Source of the DNA: Microcystaceae cyanobacterium
GTDB lineage: Bacteria > Cyanobacteriota > Cyanobacteriia > Cyanobacteriales > Microcystaceae
Length of the DNA: 64,000 nt
Assembly (NCBI GenBank): GCA_041746575.1
Contig: JBGTGT010000055.1
Location: 1-64,000, forward strand
Direction of reading: 5' to 3'
Numbering within the stretch: the stretch's first letter is position 1; every line of letters begins with the position of its first letter. Position numbers and translations under genes: made by a program. Below, one piece after another: positions 61,575 through 64,000 of the stretch. The notes beneath the pieces are model-generated. The model was given only the letters and a program-made list of their open reading frames with translations. It was not told where the DNA came from and did not search any database.

Positions 61575-61616
61575 TAGAATAAAATAAAATAAATTGACCT
61601 AAGATTAAGCATAAAT
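61575..61616 (+). repeat. 42-bp direct repeat, copy 1
   Basis: tagaataaaataaaataaattgacctaagattaagcataaat, identical to 62879-62920. Confidence 0.95.
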
Positions 61617-61775
61617 TAGTCAGATGCTACTAATCAATATCATTAATCCTAATTCCTATTCGTCGTTTCTTGCTGTATTGAACCTAATCTCTGGCTATAT
61701 CGCTTGATTATCAACCCTCATGATTAAGTTAATATACTAGAAATGTAGAGATTAATCATCATTGCAATTGCAGAT

Positions 61776-61979
61776 ATGAAACTAAAAATCATCGTTCATC
61801 AAGCAGAAGAAGGCGGATATTGGGCAGAAGTGCCTTCCTTACCCGGTTGTACAACACAGGGAGACAATTTTGAGGAATTACTGGAAAATTTGTACGAAGC
61901 TATCGAAGGGTATTTATCCGTCGACGTAGACGCTCTCGATATTCAATCTGACGCTAAGGTGGTAGAGATTGCAATATGA
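61776..61979 (+). CDS. hicB: HicB-family antitoxin
   Basis: [26 protein letters not shown]. Confidence 0.92.
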   Translation: MKLKIIVHQAEEGGYWAEVPSLPGCTTQGDNFEELLENLYEAIEGYLSVDVDALDIQSDAKVVEIAI

Positions 61980-62185
61980 AATCAATGTCAGGAAAAGCCC
62001 TAGCTAAATTATTAGAGAAAAATGGCTGGATATTGTTAAGAGTACAAGGGAGTCATCATATTTACCGGAAACTTGATGTTGCTCAAAAAATTTCCGTTCT
62101 GATACATAGCAATAAGGATCTCAAAATTGGCTTATTGAAATATTTGCTGAAAAAGGCAAATTTGTTAGACCAACTCGAAAATTAA
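61976..62185 (+). CDS. hicA: HicA-family toxin
   Basis: [26 protein letters not shown] overlap with hicB. Confidence 0.9.
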   Translation: MKSMSGKALAKLLEKNGWILLRVQGSHHIYRKLDVAQKISVLIHSNKDLKIGLLKYLLKKANLLDQLEN

Positions 62186-62289
62186 GCGAATTATGTTCTC
62201 GTGCTTGCCAATTACTTTTTATTCCCTAATATACTTTATACTGCTCTAAGACACCAAGACAACCGTTTTATCGCTTGCTCGACGGGAAG

Positions 62290-62857
62290 ACCTCAGGCGT
62301 AAAGAAAGGGTTTTTTACACAAAGCAGAAATCTTACGCTAGGATAAGTTTTGTGTTCAACTGTTCAGCCTGAGAATAAGTAGGCAACGGGAAGAACACGC
62401 TAAGAAACTGGCGAGAACCGTATATGCTTCTAACGACTGCATTTGCTACGAAGACTTACCGGTCAAGAATTTGGTTCGTAACCATCACTTGTCTAAAGCA
62501 ATTAATGACGCTGGCTGGTATCAATTCCGCAAATGGGTAGAGTATTTGGGTTGGAAATTAGGCAAGATAACCGTTGCTCTTCTGCCACAATTTACGACTC
62601 AAGAATGCCCTGTTTGTGGAAAAAGAACCGAAAAATCCCTATCAACTAGAACGCATAATTGTTCTTGTGGATACATAGAAAATAGGGACGTGGCAGCTAG
62701 TATTAATATCCTTAAAAAAGGATTGAGTACGAGAGGGCATCTCGGAACTTGGCTACTGGATAGTCAAAACGCTTCAGGAGAAATCCTGTTAAAGCAAGTC
62801 GAATCGTTGAATGGAGAATCTCCGCCCAAAGCCTAGCGACGTGCGTGAGAGTGTCAA
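62290..62857 (+). mobile_element. tnpB: IS200/IS605 remnant: tnpB 3' half plus right end
   Basis: SRQREEHAKKLAR..YEDL..INDAGW..TTQECPVCG..CSCG..NRDVAASINI; ends GAATCTCCG..GAGTGTCAA. Confidence 0.85.
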
Positions 62858-62878
62858 TGACCTTATCTAGCATAGCTC

Positions 62879-62920
62879 TAGAATAAAATAAAATAAATTG
62901 ACCTAAGATTAAGCATAAAT
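62879..62920 (+). repeat. 42-bp direct repeat, copy 2
   Basis: Identical to 61575-61616; directly upstream of miaE. Confidence 0.95.
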
Positions 62921-62926
62921 CAGCCT

Positions 62927-63526
62927 GTGTCCCCTCTGACTCTTCCCACCGTCAACATTTTGCAAACCCCTACCCAATTCGCTTGGGTGGAAATGGCGAT
63001 CGCCCATTTAGACACGATCTTACTCGATCATTCCCATTGTGAGCGTAAGGCGGCCAGCGCGGCCATCAATTTAATGTTTCGTTACCCGTCTAATACGCTA
63101 ATGGTGCGAAAACTGACTGCTATCGCCCAAGAAGAATTAGAACACTTTGAATTAGTCAATCAATGGTTAGATAAACGAGGAATTTCTCTGGCTCACTTGT
63201 CTGCACCTCCCTACGGTTCTCAGTTAAAAGCGGCGATTCGTCACCAAGAACCCCAACGGCTGTTAGACTTTCTCTTAGTATCCGCCTTAATTGAAGCCCG
63301 TTCCCACGAAAGGTTAGGATTATTAGCAGAATATTGCCCTGATCTCGATTTAGCGAAATTTTATCGCAGTTTAATGGCTTCAGAAGCCCGTCATTATGGC
63401 ATTTATTGGGTGCTAGCGGATCATTATTTTGAACGAGAGGAAGTAAAACAACGTTTAGAAGCGTTATCTATGATTGAAAGCAAAATTCTCTCTACTTTGC
63501 ACCCTGAACCCAGAATCCATAGTTAA
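62927..63526 (+). CDS. miaE: tRNA-(ms2io6A) hydroxylase
   Basis: DHSHCERKAA, EELEHF, IEARSHER, SEARH di-iron motifs. Confidence 0.92.
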   Translation: MSPLTLPTVNILQTPTQFAWVEMAIAHLDTILLDHSHCERKAASAAINLMFRYPSNTLMVRKLTAIAQEELEHFELVNQWLDKRGISLAHLSAPPYGSQLKAAIRHQEPQRLLDFLLVSALIEARSHERLGLLAEYCPDLDLAKFYRSLMASEARHYGIYWVLADHYFEREEVKQRLEALSMIESKILSTLHPEPRIHS

Positions 63527-63618
63527 GCAAACAGTCATATCGAATTCGTTTGATTTTGATTACACCCTTGTCGTTAAAGAATCGCAATCACGTCCAATTA
63601 AAAAGATTTGATATCATT

Positions 63619-63789
63619 CTAAACTTGAGGTTTCGGCTGATCGTGGGGAATTTCTGGAGCATTCTGTGGCATAACCTTATATTTCTTGACATTCTGCATA
63701 AATTGATCGCTATCCGATGATTTATCTGATAAATTCGCTTCAGACTCATTGACTTTACGGATTTTTTTGAGCTTAGCTTGACGTCCCAT
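63619..63789 (-). CDS. Small hypothetical protein (56 aa)
   Basis: AGAGGA RBS; MGRQAKLKKIRK..APEIPHDQPKPQV*. Confidence 0.6.
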   Translation of the reverse strand: MGRQAKLKKIRKVNESEANLSDKSSDSDQFMQNVKKYKVMPQNAPEIPHDQPKPQV

Positions 63790-63818
63790 TATTGCTAGTC
63801 CTCTTTTTAGCTTAACTT

Positions 63819-64000
63819 TTAAATAATCCCTTCTAATTCTAAGGCTTCAATCATTTGTAAACCGCGCGGATCGCCTAGCTTTAATAATGCGCCTTTAGCG
63901 TCCTCTTTAACCCCTAAATCTTCATCTTCCACCAACGCCTCTAATAGCGCATCTATTGCTGTCGCATAGACCACATTTGAGGGTAATTCTCGACACAATT
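63819..64000 (-). CDS. HEAT-repeat protein, C-terminal part (runs off the window)
   Basis: LCRELPSNVVYATAIDALLEALVEDEDLGVKEDAKGALLKLGDPRGL. Confidence 0.8.
   Translation of the reverse strand, partial: LCRELPSNVVYATAIDALLEALVEDEDLGVKEDAKGALLKLGDPRGLQMIEALELEGII

Larger units (their letters stand above)
254..63003. repeat. Dispersed HIP1 octamers GCGATCGC
   Basis: Roughly 30 copies seen by eye, e.g. 254, 583, 6052, 12638, 23523, 28801, 44103, 61137, 62996. Confidence 0.9.

Overview
AT-rich chromosomal window from a unicellular cyanobacterium (Chroococcales-like). The evidence is frequent HIP1 octamers (GCGATCGC) plus cpcT, ycf51, rbcR/ycf30, aar and xisHI. Housekeeping genes (asnS, glyA, purE, phosphoketolase, lipA, mnmA, glgA, GH57, SNF2 helicase, prolyl oligopeptidase, bioD, miaE) alternate with small accessory patches of toxin-antitoxin-like pairs, pseudogenes and IS remnants. 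Three things stand out. (1) A complete tnpB-only IS200/IS605 element (17431-18957) sits in a Ser/Thr kinase gene 3' of TTAG. Its tnpB carries two separate in-frame 51-bp hairpin insertions with compensatory stem changes, one inside the predicted omega-RNA region. (2) Small TA-like two-gene cassettes repeatedly lie between duplicated pieces of a neighbouring locus: a divergent second bioD 3' end whose homology stops inside a HIP1 site, two orphan 3' ends of an NTPase-TPR gene, and an exact 42-bp direct repeat around hicBA. This suggests single-crossover capture of ~0.9-1.3 kb cassettes with no integrase in the window. (3) Toxins in these cassettes are preferentially decayed. No rRNA, tRNA or CRISPR array was recognised. 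All product calls come from motif recognition by eye, not database searches.
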